Part shown: piece after piece, positions 46,006-54,615 of the stretch
How the letters are laid out: each line of letters opens with the position of its first letter
Numbering within the stretch: position 1 is the stretch's first letter
Assembly: GCA_015064445.1 (NCBI GenBank)
Contig: SVSE01000001.1
Span: 277,789 to 341,788 of the forward strand
From: Oscillospiraceae bacterium
Lineage (GTDB): Bacteria; Bacillota; Clostridia; Oscillospirales; CAG-272
DNA length: 64,000 nucleotides
Reading direction: 5' to 3'
Program-made: the position numbers and the translations under genes
Notes under the pieces: model-generated
What the model was told of the DNA's origin: nothing
What the model saw: the letters and a program-made list of their open reading frames with translations, nothing else
Database searches by the model: none

Positions 46006-48168
46006 TTATTGTAAAAGTGTTACTGTTGAAATGAGCATTACAGCAAGCCAAACAGCGTAATAGCCAACGATTAAAAGCGAGCTGATAAAGGAGATTGCTC
46101 CAAATATGCTCATACCAATAAGCACTGCGCCGATAATCGAAGCAATAACATTTACAACGAGTCCGACCTTTCTGATTTTTGAAATATTTTTACATACAGG
46201 AATTGCCTTGATAAGCGACTTTGAATGTCCCTTTGAAACAACACCGCTATCAGCCTTCTCAAGAGTTGTTGGAATTTCGTCCTGCTTTGAGAGTCTTATA
46301 ACACGCAAATCTGCCTTTTTAAGGCTTGACTGGCGTCTTATAAGTTCGTTATTTATGTTAGGGTCAAATGTTCTAATGCCCACGCAAACATCGTTTCTAT
46401 TAAGGGTTCTAACGGTTTGTGTAAAGTCATCGTCCATTTCATACTTGATGTGCATTCTTGCACAAAGCTTACCATTGCAAGCCATATACATTACGCTTAC
46501 ATCCTCATCAAGCTCCTCTCTTTCGTTTGGAACATCGATGCCCTGTGAGGTGATACCATATCTATCGGCAAAAATGATAGTATCATTATCAACCTTTACA
46601 CAAAGATAGCTTCTGCCTGAGCATACAAATCTTGCACGTCTGCTCTTTGTAAATGCGTCCTTTGTAGCAAGCTCAAACACCTCTGCCAAGGGTCCACCTA
46701 CGGTATTAAAGCCGTTTGATGCATAATAAAGAACCTTTTCAAGGTTATATTCGTTATAAACATGAAGGTTTTGAAGCTTAACATTGTAAGGTGGGAATGC
46801 AGTTGTATCGTTTACAGACACAGCCTTAGCGCCTGCATACTCATCAATTGTATCCTCGCCAACGATTGTAGTTTCCTCTTCGAAAAGGCGCTTATTTCCA
46901 ACGAGGAATGGAACGCTATACATAAATAGCACTCCGATAGGCATAACCATCATAGCGCCCGAGAACCAGCTTGACATAGCTGACATAAAGGCTTTGCCTT
47001 GAAAAATGGAGATAATTGACATAATAAGAGGAACGCAGATTGCAAGCACATAATAAGGATACATAACCTTCATTGTACTAACGCTTCTATTAGTTCTTGC
47101 AAAATACTTCTTTACAAACTCTGTCTTATCTACTCTTATCAAATCTCCAACAAAATCCTTTGATGCTGTAGAAAACGCCTCAGTTTCAGCCTCTGCGTCG
47201 TCAGTTGACACCTTATTGAGGACGAATTTCGAGTCCTTTGAGGAAACGATGCTGAAGCTATATCTTTCTCTTACAACATTTATGTACGAGAAAGCGATAG
47301 ACATAAGGCAAATTACTGCAACTGGAAAATTAAAGAATACAGGTGCAATTGAGTTAGGCTTATAGTAGAATGGAATAAAAATTATTGTGAATATCGAATA
47401 AAGCAAGCTTGCACCTACTGCAAACACGGAAATTGCCTCTGGAATAAATTCCTTCGACATAATCGATTTAATTCCGTGATATAGCTGTTCATAAGCACAG
47501 GCAGCAGAAAGCACAACAAGCACAAAATCAACAAGAAAATGTGCATAAGGATGCGCTACTGCACTAAAAATGCCTGTTGGATTCTTTGAAAAGAGCGTTA
47601 TATTCTCAACAAAGAGCAAAAGAAGTGCAATTATGCTTGAAAGAATCATCTTTGTTCTTATGCTTCTCTTAGCATACTTATACATTCCCATAATTTCTTT
47701 TCTCTGCTGACGGTCTGTATATTCATAATAGTCAGAGTGAATATCACCTTGAAGTGATTCAATTTCAGCAGTTGAAGGATTAAGAGAATCGTCTATGTTG
47801 AGTGATTTTCCAGATTTATCAGCAATTCCAAACGCCTTCATAAAGTCGTGCTCTCCACGAGTGGTGTTTGCATATGCCTCATCATATTCAATCTGCTCAT
47901 TTTCCTGTGGCTTGAATGCGTGCTGAGTCCATTCAGATAAAGGCGATTTTTTAGCCTTTTGAGTCGATATACCTGTATCAGACGCGCGATCAAAAACCTC
48001 GACATCAGGAGAGATGAGCTCAACATCATCGTCATCCTCGATTTTTTCGGGGGTATCTTCTTCAATATTTTGAGGAATGTCTTGAAGCTCTTGGTTATCG
48101 TTTGCCTCTTCGGCAGGCTCTTCACCAAGAGTAACATCCATTTCTATTTGGTCGTACTGCTCTTCCAT
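46006..48168 (-). CDS. Membrane protein with degenerate P-type (P1B-like) ATPase architecture; predicted catalytically inactive
   Basis: 720 aa with an acidic ~170-aa tail, then a 4+2+2 TM layout with ~65-aa and ~240-aa cytoplasmic loops. By eye, VSVNDTTAFP sits where FDKTGTLT would be, RTFDPN where TGDN would be, and ADSGVVSKG where ADVGIAMG would be. No TGES or GDGxND is seen. There are 7- and 9-nt gaps to the flanking genes. Confidence 0.5.
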   Translation of the reverse strand: MEEQYDQIEMDVTLGEEPAEEANDNQELQDIPQNIEEDTPEKIEDDDDVELISPDVEVFDRASDTGISTQKAKKSPLSEWTQHAFKPQENEQIEYDEAYANTTRGEHDFMKAFGIADKSGKSLNIDDSLNPSTAEIESLQGDIHSDYYEYTDRQQRKEIMGMYKYAKRSIRTKMILSSIIALLLLFVENITLFSKNPTGIFSAVAHPYAHFLVDFVLVVLSAACAYEQLYHGIKSIMSKEFIPEAISVFAVGASLLYSIFTIIFIPFYYKPNSIAPVFFNFPVAVICLMSIAFSYINVVRERYSFSIVSSKDSKFVLNKVSTDDAEAETEAFSTASKDFVGDLIRVDKTEFVKKYFARTNRSVSTMKVMYPYYVLAICVPLIMSIISIFQGKAFMSAMSSWFSGAMMVMPIGVLFMYSVPFLVGNKRLFEEETTIVGEDTIDEYAGAKAVSVNDTTAFPPYNVKLQNLHVYNEYNLEKVLYYASNGFNTVGGPLAEVFELATKDAFTKSRRARFVCSGRSYLCVKVDNDTIIFADRYGITSQGIDVPNEREELDEDVSVMYMACNGKLCARMHIKYEMDDDFTQTVRTLNRNDVCVGIRTFDPNINNELIRRQSSLKKADLRVIRLSKQDEIPTTLEKADSGVVSKGHSKSLIKAIPVCKNISKIRKVGLVVNVIASIIGAVLIGMSIFGAISFISSLLIVGYYAVWLAVMLISTVTLLQ

Positions 48169-48177
48169 TTGTCCTCC

Positions 48178-49032
48178 TTATTTATCCCCTCTTTGCATTC
48201 TTGCTGCGTGGCAAAGTATTACAGACGCGGCAGTTGACACATTAAGAGAGTTAACCTTTCCATACATAGGTATTGATATGATAAAGTCGCTTTTGTCCTT
48301 GATAAGCTTACCTACGCCATTTCCCTCAGAGCCGAGGACGATAGCGCAAGGGCAATCATAATCGACAGCGTAATACGGCTCTCCACCTGCCTCGCAGGAG
48401 AAAATCCATACGCCCTTTTTCTTTAATTCATCAATTGTGGTGGCAATATTTGAAACCTTGGCGATTGCCATATGTTCAATTGCACCAGCAGAGGATTTAT
48501 AAACAGCAGGTGTTATTCCTACTGCATGTCGCTTTGGAATAATAATTCCGTGTGCGCCCGCGCATTCAGCGCATCTTATAAGTGCACCGAGATTATGAGG
48601 GTCCTCAATACAGTCGGCGATAACAATAAGCGCCCTTTCGTTTCTCTGTCTTGCAATATCAAGTATTGTGTCAACATCAACATAATCCTTAAGAGCCGCC
48701 ATTGCCACAACTCCCTGATGATTTGCGCCAGAGCTCATAAAATCGAGCTTCGAGCCCTCAACCTCAACAACAGGGACTCTTTTTTCAAGAGCCTGTGCAA
48801 CAATCATTGTAAGAGAGCCCTCACGAGAGCCCTTCTTAACATAAAGCTTATCTATTGTTCTATCGGATTTGAGAAGCTCGGAAACTGCGTTTCTTCCAAT
48901 GACGATACCAAGCTCGTCAATTTCATCTCTTTCCTTGAATATTTTTTCGTTTTTCTTCTTAAAGTCGCCCTTTGATTGAGTCCTATCAAACGAGCCCTTT
49001 CCCCTGGAACGGTCGTATCTTTTATTATCCAT
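48178..49032 (-). CDS. rlmB: 23S rRNA (guanosine-2251 2'-O)-methyltransferase RlmB (TrmH group 3)
   Basis: 284 aa with a basic N-terminal tail, an L30e-like substrate-binding domain, and SPOUT motifs DPHNLGALIRCAECAG, IVLGSEGNGV and IPMYGKVNSLNVSTAASVIL. Confidence 0.85.
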   Translation of the reverse strand: MDNKRYDRSRGKGSFDRTQSKGDFKKKNEKIFKERDEIDELGIVIGRNAVSELLKSDRTIDKLYVKKGSREGSLTMIVAQALEKRVPVVEVEGSKLDFMSSGANHQGVVAMAALKDYVDVDTILDIARQRNERALIVIADCIEDPHNLGALIRCAECAGAHGIIIPKRHAVGITPAVYKSSAGAIEHMAIAKVSNIATTIDELKKKGVWIFSCEAGGEPYYAVDYDCPCAIVLGSEGNGVGKLIKDKSDFIISIPMYGKVNSLNVSTAASVILCHAARMQRGDK

Positions 49033-49061
49033 AATTACTCCGTAAATTTATAGTTACTATT

Positions 49062-49090
49062 ATTTTAACATAAAGGTTATGATTTGTACA
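49062..49090 (-). promoter_or_regulatory. Candidate extended -10 promoter for the rlmB operon
   Basis: On the minus strand: TGTACA, a 17-nt spacer, then TAAAAT preceded by TGt. Confidence 0.4.
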
Positions 49091-49112
49091 GTATTTTTTC
49101 GCAAAAAATACA

Positions 49113-49138
49113 AAAAACAGACCTTACGGTCTGTTTTT
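49113..49138 (-). terminator. Rho-independent terminator after the zinc-ribbon gene
   Basis: AAAAACAGACCgtaaGGTCTGTTTTT. Confidence 0.8.
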
Positions 49139-49188
49139 CATAAATCTCAAATTAGTTTACAAAATATAGAACTTTATTTCATAGATAA

Positions 49189-49464
49189 TCATTGATTTTT
49201 CATTTCAGCGAAGCACTCACTGCAGTATACAGGTCTGTCGCTATTAGGCTGGAAAGGAACCTTCGCTTCCTTACCACATTGTGCACATACAGTAGTGAAC
49301 ATCTCTCTGGGCGCTTTAGCTGCATTCTTTCTTGCATCTCTGCAAGCCTTGCATCTCTGAGGCTCGTTCTGGAAGCCCTTTTCCTGATAGAACTCCTGCT
49401 CACCAGCGGTAAACACGAACTCCTGTCCACAGTCTTTGCATGTTAATGTTTTGTCCTGAAACAT
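49189..49464 (-). CDS. Zinc-ribbon protein with four CxxC pairs (two zinc ribbons)
   Basis: 91 aa: CKDCGQEFVFTAGEQEFYQEKGFQNEPQRCKACR and CAQCGKEAKVPFQPNSDRPVYCSECF. GGGGAG RBS. Confidence 0.75.
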   Translation of the reverse strand: MFQDKTLTCKDCGQEFVFTAGEQEFYQEKGFQNEPQRCKACRDARKNAAKAPREMFTTVCAQCGKEAKVPFQPNSDRPVYCSECFAEMKNQ

Positions 49465-49520
49465 CTCTCTTCTCCCCTTCAGGTATAAATTTATACCAAG
49501 CTTTCGCCATAGTATTTTCT

Positions 49521-50063
49521 TTAAAGTCCGTTCAATTTTGCCTTAATCCTACAAATAGCGTTGTTTACAGATTTTTCAGTTTTGCCGATTTTAGATGAAA
49601 TTTCTTTTCCTTTTTGCCCAGATGAATACATTTCGAAAATCAAATACTCATAATCCGACAAATGCGTCTTTGCAAGCTTATATAGCTCCTTTTGATGCAT
49701 TCGCTGTATCGCCTTATCCTGGATGTTTGCGGGGGTAGTTCCTTCGATTAGGGGATCAGTTTTTTTAAGCCTCTTTTTTGAATTCAGCTCTCGAATACAC
49801 GAAACAAGTTTGTTTCTAATACAGACCTTTGCATATGCGCCGAATGTCCTATCCTTACTCTCATCAAATGTCTTTACGGCATTATAGAAAGCAATTTTGG
49901 ATTCTTGAAGAAAATCTTCTCTATCCTTCAAGACCTCATGACACATATCAGAATATTTTTTGGACATACTATAAAGCAAGCCCTGATATTTATCAAGTAA
50001 TGCCTCAAATGCACGATTGTTGCCATTTTTAGCAGAAGCAACAAGCTCTAAAATTTCGTCCAT
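49521..50063 (-). CDS. Sigma-70 family RNA polymerase sigma factor, SigH-like
   Basis: 180 aa. Region 2 is REDFLQESKIAFYNAVKTFDESKDRTFGAYAKVCIRNKLVSCIR (compare B. subtilis SigH ...FKAFAELCITRQIITAIK). Region 4 HTH is LSDYEYLIFEMYSSGQKGKEISSKIGKTEKSVNNAICRIKAKL. Confidence 0.7.
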   Translation of the reverse strand: MDEILELVASAKNGNNRAFEALLDKYQGLLYSMSKKYSDMCHEVLKDREDFLQESKIAFYNAVKTFDESKDRTFGAYAKVCIRNKLVSCIRELNSKKRLKKTDPLIEGTTPANIQDKAIQRMHQKELYKLAKTHLSDYEYLIFEMYSSGQKGKEISSKIGKTEKSVNNAICRIKAKLNGL

Positions 50064-50084
50064 AAATACTCCATTTATAAAAAT

Positions 50085-50112
50085 ATTATATCACAAATTA
50101 TGTTTTTGTCAA
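50085..50112 (-). promoter_or_regulatory. Sigma-A type promoter for the sigma-factor gene
   Basis: On the minus strand: TTGACA, a 16-nt spacer, then TATAAT with a TGa extended -10. Confidence 0.6.
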
Positions 50113-50132
50113 GAAGTTTTTTACACTTTTTT

Positions 50133-50162
50133 AAAAAAATCGCATAAAACCTGCGATTTTTT
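50133..50162 (-). terminator. Rho-independent terminator after the DUF4364 gene
   Basis: Minus-strand hairpin ATCGCAggttttaTGCGAT followed by TTTTTTT. Confidence 0.75.
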
Positions 50163-50191
50163 GTATATTTTTCACAAATTGTAAAATTTTG

Positions 50192-50743
50192 TCATTCAAA
50201 AATGTAATTTGTCTCTCCTGACACGAGTGCAAGAGTGCCTCTAAATACGATTTCAGGTCTTCTTCTAAAGTTGAAAAGCATTTTGTCTGCCTCAAGCTTA
50301 GAATCAACCTCAACATCGATATTTAAAACTATTTTTCCAAACTCTGTTATTTCACAGTGCACCATATATTTTCCGTTTTCTTGGAGTCTATGATAGCAAT
50401 CAAGCCTTGCACCACGCTTTTGGAAGGAAAGATGTCTAATCGCACTTCTGTAGCTTGATTCTCTTATACTTGGAAGGATGGTATCGCTTAGCTCGACGGC
50501 AATAGTTTTACCCGTTGCAGAAACAACATAAAGGCTTTCTCCGAGCTCGTCCTTTGAAACCTCAAGCACATGGCCTGCATCAACAAGCTCTCCAAAGCAG
50601 TCTCCGCCGTCAAAATAGCTTACTACATTTTCCTGATGCAAAATTCCACAAACATCAGAAAACTTAACGGGGTATCCTATTCTCTCCATAAGATACAAAA
50701 TAAAAATCTTTATTTCATTTTTGTCAGTCATCGGAATGTCCAT
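50192..50743 (-). CDS. DUF4364-family protein (putative winged-helix regulator)
   Basis: 183 aa from MDIPMTDKNEIKIFILYLMERIGYP. The ATG at 50743 is preceded by AGGAGG at 7-nt spacing. The track start at 50761 is a TTG inside the RBS region. Confidence 0.5.
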   Translation of the reverse strand: MDIPMTDKNEIKIFILYLMERIGYPVKFSDVCGILHQENVVSYFDGGDCFGELVDAGHVLEVSKDELGESLYVVSATGKTIAVELSDTILPSIRESSYRSAIRHLSFQKRGARLDCYHRLQENGKYMVHCEITEFGKIVLNIDVEVDSKLEADKMLFNFRRRPEIVFRGTLALVSGETNYIFE

Positions 50744-50845
50744 TTTTATCCTCCTATCCAAAGCGATTTTTTATATCATATCACATTTTTCGCATTTAAT
50801 CAACTAAAATTTTTATTTTTTACATAATTTGACAGGTGGGAATTT

Positions 50846-51691
50846 ATGGATTTAGAAAAAAGAACCGATTTAGCGCTTGATAGCACTTCGCTTTTTGGCG
50901 ATTATAAGGGAAAGGATTATAATGTGCAAAAATGCTCCTTACACGGTATAGAATGCATAAGAGTTGACATTTTGACAAAGGATGCAGAGCGCGCCTACAA
51001 AAGAAAAATAGGCACATATATTACCTTGGTGTGTGGAAAGCTTGCAATTTTGGATGAAAGCAGTCAAAAAAGCTTAATCAGCGCTTTATGTGATGCAATT
51101 AGAGAGATTTTCAAAGCTGAAGTAGATGACTCTTTTTTGGTAGTTGGGCTTGGAAATAGATTTATTACCTCGGACTCCCTTGGTCCTATATGTATCGATA
51201 AAATGGGTTTTCTGAGCAAGAGAAGGAATGTATTTTTACTTTCGCCTGGTGTCTTTTCACAAAGTGGGATTGAAAGCAAGGAGCTAATAAAATCTGCAAT
51301 TAAAGCCACAGGGGCGACGAAATTAATTTTAATTGATGCGCTCGCTACAAGCTCTCTTGACCGTTTGTGCTCTACAATTCAAATTTCAAGCACCGGCTTG
51401 TGCCCCGGCTCTGGCACTAATTCGTCAAGAGAAAAAATAAGTGAGGATGAGATGGGTGTTCCGATTGTGTCGATAGGTGTGCCAACTGCTATCAGTCTTT
51501 CTGGAATGTTTTTTGACATAATGCAGGGATGTGACATCAAAAAAGTGCCGATATGTGTTTATAATTCGATAAATGAGCATTCGGGTCTACTTGTTTCTCC
51601 AAACGAAATTGATGCCATTATCTCCTCTACAAGCACGATAATTTCAAGAGCTATTTGCGAGGTCACAAAGAAAAATCCACTACAATTGTAG
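50846..51691 (+). CDS. gpr: GPR endopeptidase (spore germination protease), short form
   Basis: 281 aa with RTDLALDS, TYITLV and FLVVGLGNRFITSDSLGP (compare B. subtilis LIVGLGNWNVTPDALGP), plus LILIDALA and PIVSIGVPT. Confidence 0.8.
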   Translation: MDLEKRTDLALDSTSLFGDYKGKDYNVQKCSLHGIECIRVDILTKDAERAYKRKIGTYITLVCGKLAILDESSQKSLISALCDAIREIFKAEVDDSFLVVGLGNRFITSDSLGPICIDKMGFLSKRRNVFLLSPGVFSQSGIESKELIKSAIKATGATKLILIDALATSSLDRLCSTIQISSTGLCPGSGTNSSREKISEDEMGVPIVSIGVPTAISLSGMFFDIMQGCDIKKVPICVYNSINEHSGLLVSPNEIDAIISSTSTIISRAICEVTKKNPLQL

Positions 51692-51698
51692 TGGATTT
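51673..51698. terminator. Probable bidirectional terminator overlapping the gpr stop
   Basis: AAATCCACTACAATTGTAGTGGATTT followed by ATTTTAT. It lies between convergent genes. Confidence 0.5.
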
Positions 51699-51701
51699 AT
51701 T

Positions 51702-52463
51702 TTATATATCTGGAGCCTCATTAAAGCCTATGATTCTTCTTGTAATGGTTACGGAAACATCAGCCTCTTCACCCAAAACCTTAACGAATATATGCTCATC
51801 ATCCTCGCTTTTAACCTTGTACATAATAGAGGTGTTTGCGTCAATCTCTGCAAGGATTTCACTCTCCGAGGTGATTACAATTTTAACATCGTCCTTTGGT
51901 GAATTACTCTTCGCTTCTATTGTAAAGATGATATATGCTTCCTCGGCACAGGATGCCGAAATTGTTTTTACACCACTAAAGCCAGTTGCCTCAAAATAGC
52001 ATTCTGGCGCATCACAGGAGCTATAATCATAATCAACATCGCTATAATCAAAGCCATTTGTGAAGAACTTATCTGTGGAAGCGATATAATAGTTATGCTT
52101 TGAGATGATTTGCTTATCAGTCAAATCCGAAAGTTCAAAGCTCTCATCAATATCAATCTCCTCTTCTCTTGTGATGATATAATCAATCAAGCCAATTCCA
52201 CCAGCCATAATAAGCACCATGGTGTAAAAACCTGCCAAGCACAAAAGAACGATATACCACACCTTCCATCTCTTGCGCTTCTTTTTAAGCTTTTCCTTCT
52301 TTTCAAGCTCTTTTTTGTCTAAAACAGGCTCTTCGGCAGGTGGGTCCTCTACTGGTGCATCCTCGGTGGCTATATTTTCTGCCATCTGCTCTGCCTCGTC
52401 CTCACAGGAGACTACTTGTTCATTTTTTTCTTCTTCGTATTCAAAAGAATTCTCGTTATCCAT
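51702..52463 (-). CDS. Single-pass membrane protein, unknown function
   Basis: 253 aa. It has an acidic N-terminus, a lysine-rich stretch KKELEKKEKLKKKRKRWK, one TM helix, then a ~170-aa extracytoplasmic domain. Confidence 0.55.
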   Translation of the reverse strand: MDNENSFEYEEEKNEQVVSCEDEAEQMAENIATEDAPVEDPPAEEPVLDKKELEKKEKLKKKRKRWKVWYIVLLCLAGFYTMVLIMAGGIGLIDYIITREEEIDIDESFELSDLTDKQIISKHNYYIASTDKFFTNGFDYSDVDYDYSSCDAPECYFEATGFSGVKTISASCAEEAYIIFTIEAKSNSPKDDVKIVITSESEILAEIDANTSIMYKVKSEDDEHIFVKVLGEEADVSVTITRRIIGFNEAPDI

Positions 52464-52524
52464 AGTAATCCTCCCTCATTAGACTTTTTATATATTTTAT
52501 CACAAATCATCTACAATGTCAATA

Positions 52525-52551
52525 AAAAAGCGCCTTTAAATAGCGCTTTTT
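52525..52551 (-). terminator. Probable terminator after mecA
   Basis: AAAAAGCGCtatttaaagGCGCTTTTT. The GC stem is short. Confidence 0.45.
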
Positions 52552-52555
52552 AAAA

Positions 52556-53116
52556 TCACGGAATTGAAGCACACAGGCTCGATAAGATTTCGACTGGATT
52601 TTTACGACAAATTCTTTCGCATCGCTCCTCTATTTCTGAGATTAAATTGCCTTTAACTCTTTCTCCATATTCGCTAATAAATGCATATTTTATATCCTTT
52701 GGATATATTCCGAGAAGCAAAAGATAATATTTGGCATTTATTTTGTCGTAATAGACCATTGCACGGCCTTTATAGGAGTTTTCAAAGAGTCTTCTACAAA
52801 GCAAGCATAAATTATGTATATTCTCAAAGCTATAAAGCGACCTTTGAACACCTTCCCTTTTAGTCTTTATATCTTTTGTTCCTTTTACCTGCTTGCTGAC
52901 AAAAATATCACAAGCGCCATCCTTGGCAACAAAAATTTCCGTTGCTATTCTGTCTTTTGTAAAATCTATTTCCGACCTTAAATTTGATTTATCAAGAAGC
53001 GCCTTGACACTATCTCCGAGCCTTTCGTCAGATGAGGTCGTTATTTCAAGCTCCCTTGCCTCCTCGGTTGTAAGAGATATTTTAAAGGAATCGCTTCCTA
53101 TCTTTATAATTTCCAT
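52556..53116 (-). CDS. mecA: Adaptor protein MecA (ClpC adaptor)
   Basis: 186 aa with MEIIKIGSDSFKISLT (MecA: MEIERINEHTVKFYMS), SLYSFENIHNL (TLYSFENRYYL) and C-terminal EYGERV... Confidence 0.65.
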   Translation of the reverse strand: MEIIKIGSDSFKISLTTEEARELEITTSSDERLGDSVKALLDKSNLRSEIDFTKDRIATEIFVAKDGACDIFVSKQVKGTKDIKTKREGVQRSLYSFENIHNLCLLCRRLFENSYKGRAMVYYDKINAKYYLLLLGIYPKDIKYAFISEYGERVKGNLISEIEERCERICRKNPVEILSSLCASIP

Positions 53117-53306
53117 AATATACCTCGTAAATTAATACTCTATAACCATTATATATTTTGATCGTTTTTTTGTTCAACGCAAAAATTATGGATGATAAGG
53201 GCTTTTTTGGTTTTAAAAGCGATTTTTTAGAATTATAGTGCCGAGTTGGTATATTTTGAGAAAAAATAAAATATGCTTTTAGCAAAGAAAGATTTTTGGA
53301 GGTATT

Positions 53307-54578
53307 ATGAAAAAGTTTTTGTTTTTCTTTGTAATTTGCATTTTTGCCCTTTCAATGTGCACTCTTGCCCTTGAAGGTGTTTCGCCAGCAATTGATATAA
53401 TAGCGAGCGAAAATGTAATGGTTAAAAGTGGCTCTTACATGTCCGGAAAAATATCCTTTGACACAAATGATTTTGACAAGCCAACTGGCGCAAATGTAAA
53501 TTCAATAAAGGTGACCGAAATTCCATCATCAGAGCAAGGCAAGCTTATGCTTGGCAATCTTTACATAGTAAATGGTCAGATAATAGAGCGAGAGGATTTC
53601 TCATCCATTGTATTTATTCCAAGGGGCAAGGATGTCGAATGCTCGTTTAGGTTTTCTCCAAATGGGGCAAGCTACGAGCTTGAATGCATTTTAAAAAGCG
53701 TCAAAGAAGTAAACTACTCTCCTGTATCAACTAATGGTGCATCCGTTTCAGTATGGACTGGAACAGACATTTCACGCTTTGGCGCACTTGACGGTTATGA
53801 TCCAGACGGAGATGAAATCAAATTTGAAATAGTTTCCTTGCCAGAAAAGGGGCTTATAGAAATTACAAACAGCAAAACAGGCGATTATAAATACACACCA
53901 TATGCAGGAGCACATGGCAAGGACACCTTTACATATAGAGTTGTAGATGAGTTTGGTAATTATTCCTCGGAAGCTACTGTGAACATGAAAATTGAAAAAT
54001 TAAAGACCACCCTTGTTTTTTCTGATATGAGTGGCAATAGAGCCCTTAATGCAGTTAACGTCGTTGCCAACGAATATATGAGTGTACAAAAAAATCAAGA
54101 TGGTACATATTTATTTGAGCCAAGCAAGAATGTCACAACCGAGGAATTTTTAGCACTTGTAATGGATGTAATGGGAGCTAAAGATGTTCCTGTTATTTCA
54201 AAAACAAGATTCGCAGATGACGAAAACATTGATCCAAAATACAAGGGATATTTTGAGAGTGCATTCGTACTTGGCATCATCGATGGCGAAAGAAAAAGCG
54301 ACGGAATTTATGTAAATCCAAAGTCCGAAATCACAACTGCGAGCGCCTCGGTTATTATCAATAAAATCATAGGCGCAAGTGGCGAGGGAGCTACTACAAC
54401 CTTCTCTGATGGCGATGAAATTCCCGACTGGGCAAGAGAGTCAATTACCTCTCTTTGCAAGATAGGAATTTTAAGCTGTGAAAACGGAAAAATAAGCCCC
54501 AATTCTCCTTTAACTCGTGCTCAAACTGCTCAAATTTTAATGTCACTCTTGGAATATAGAGGAAAGCTAAAACATTGA
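53307..54578 (+). CDS. Secreted cell-surface protein with cadherin/Ig-like repeat and C-terminal SLH-like repeats
   Basis: It has a signal peptide (FVICIFALSMCTLA), DPDGDEIKFEIVS..GDYKYTPYAGAHGKDTFTYRVVDEFGNYS, and three SLH-like segments (FSDMSG.., FADDENIDPKYKGYFESAFVLGII, FSDGDEIPDWARESI..LTRAQTAQILMSLLE). Confidence 0.65.
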   Translation: MKKFLFFFVICIFALSMCTLALEGVSPAIDIIASENVMVKSGSYMSGKISFDTNDFDKPTGANVNSIKVTEIPSSEQGKLMLGNLYIVNGQIIEREDFSSIVFIPRGKDVECSFRFSPNGASYELECILKSVKEVNYSPVSTNGASVSVWTGTDISRFGALDGYDPDGDEIKFEIVSLPEKGLIEITNSKTGDYKYTPYAGAHGKDTFTYRVVDEFGNYSSEATVNMKIEKLKTTLVFSDMSGNRALNAVNVVANEYMSVQKNQDGTYLFEPSKNVTTEEFLALVMDVMGAKDVPVISKTRFADDENIDPKYKGYFESAFVLGIIDGERKSDGIYVNPKSEITTASASVIINKIIGASGEGATTTFSDGDEIPDWARESITSLCKIGILSCENGKISPNSPLTRAQTAQILMSLLEYRGKLKH

Positions 54579-54588
54579 TAAATAAAGG

Positions 54589-54615
54589 AAAAGCGTTGCA
54601 TTTTGCAACGCTTTT
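54589..54615. terminator. Bidirectional rho-independent terminator
   Basis: AAAAGCGTTGCAttttGCAACGCTTTT between convergent genes. Confidence 0.8.

Noticed and set aside
47116-47133. VDKTEF in the first cytoplasmic loop of the 720-aa protein, as a candidate intact DKTGT phosphorylation motif
   Set aside because: It lies in the short loop between TM4 and TM5 (the A-domain position), not after TM6 where the P-domain begins. It also lacks the G-T of DKTGT, so it is probably coincidental.
50762-50845. Search for a forespore sigma-F/sigma-G promoter upstream of gpr
   Set aside because: A CATAATT -10-like element exists near 50822, but no GnATR/-35 element sits at 17-18 nt. The nearest GCATT is ~26 nt away, so I cannot support a call.
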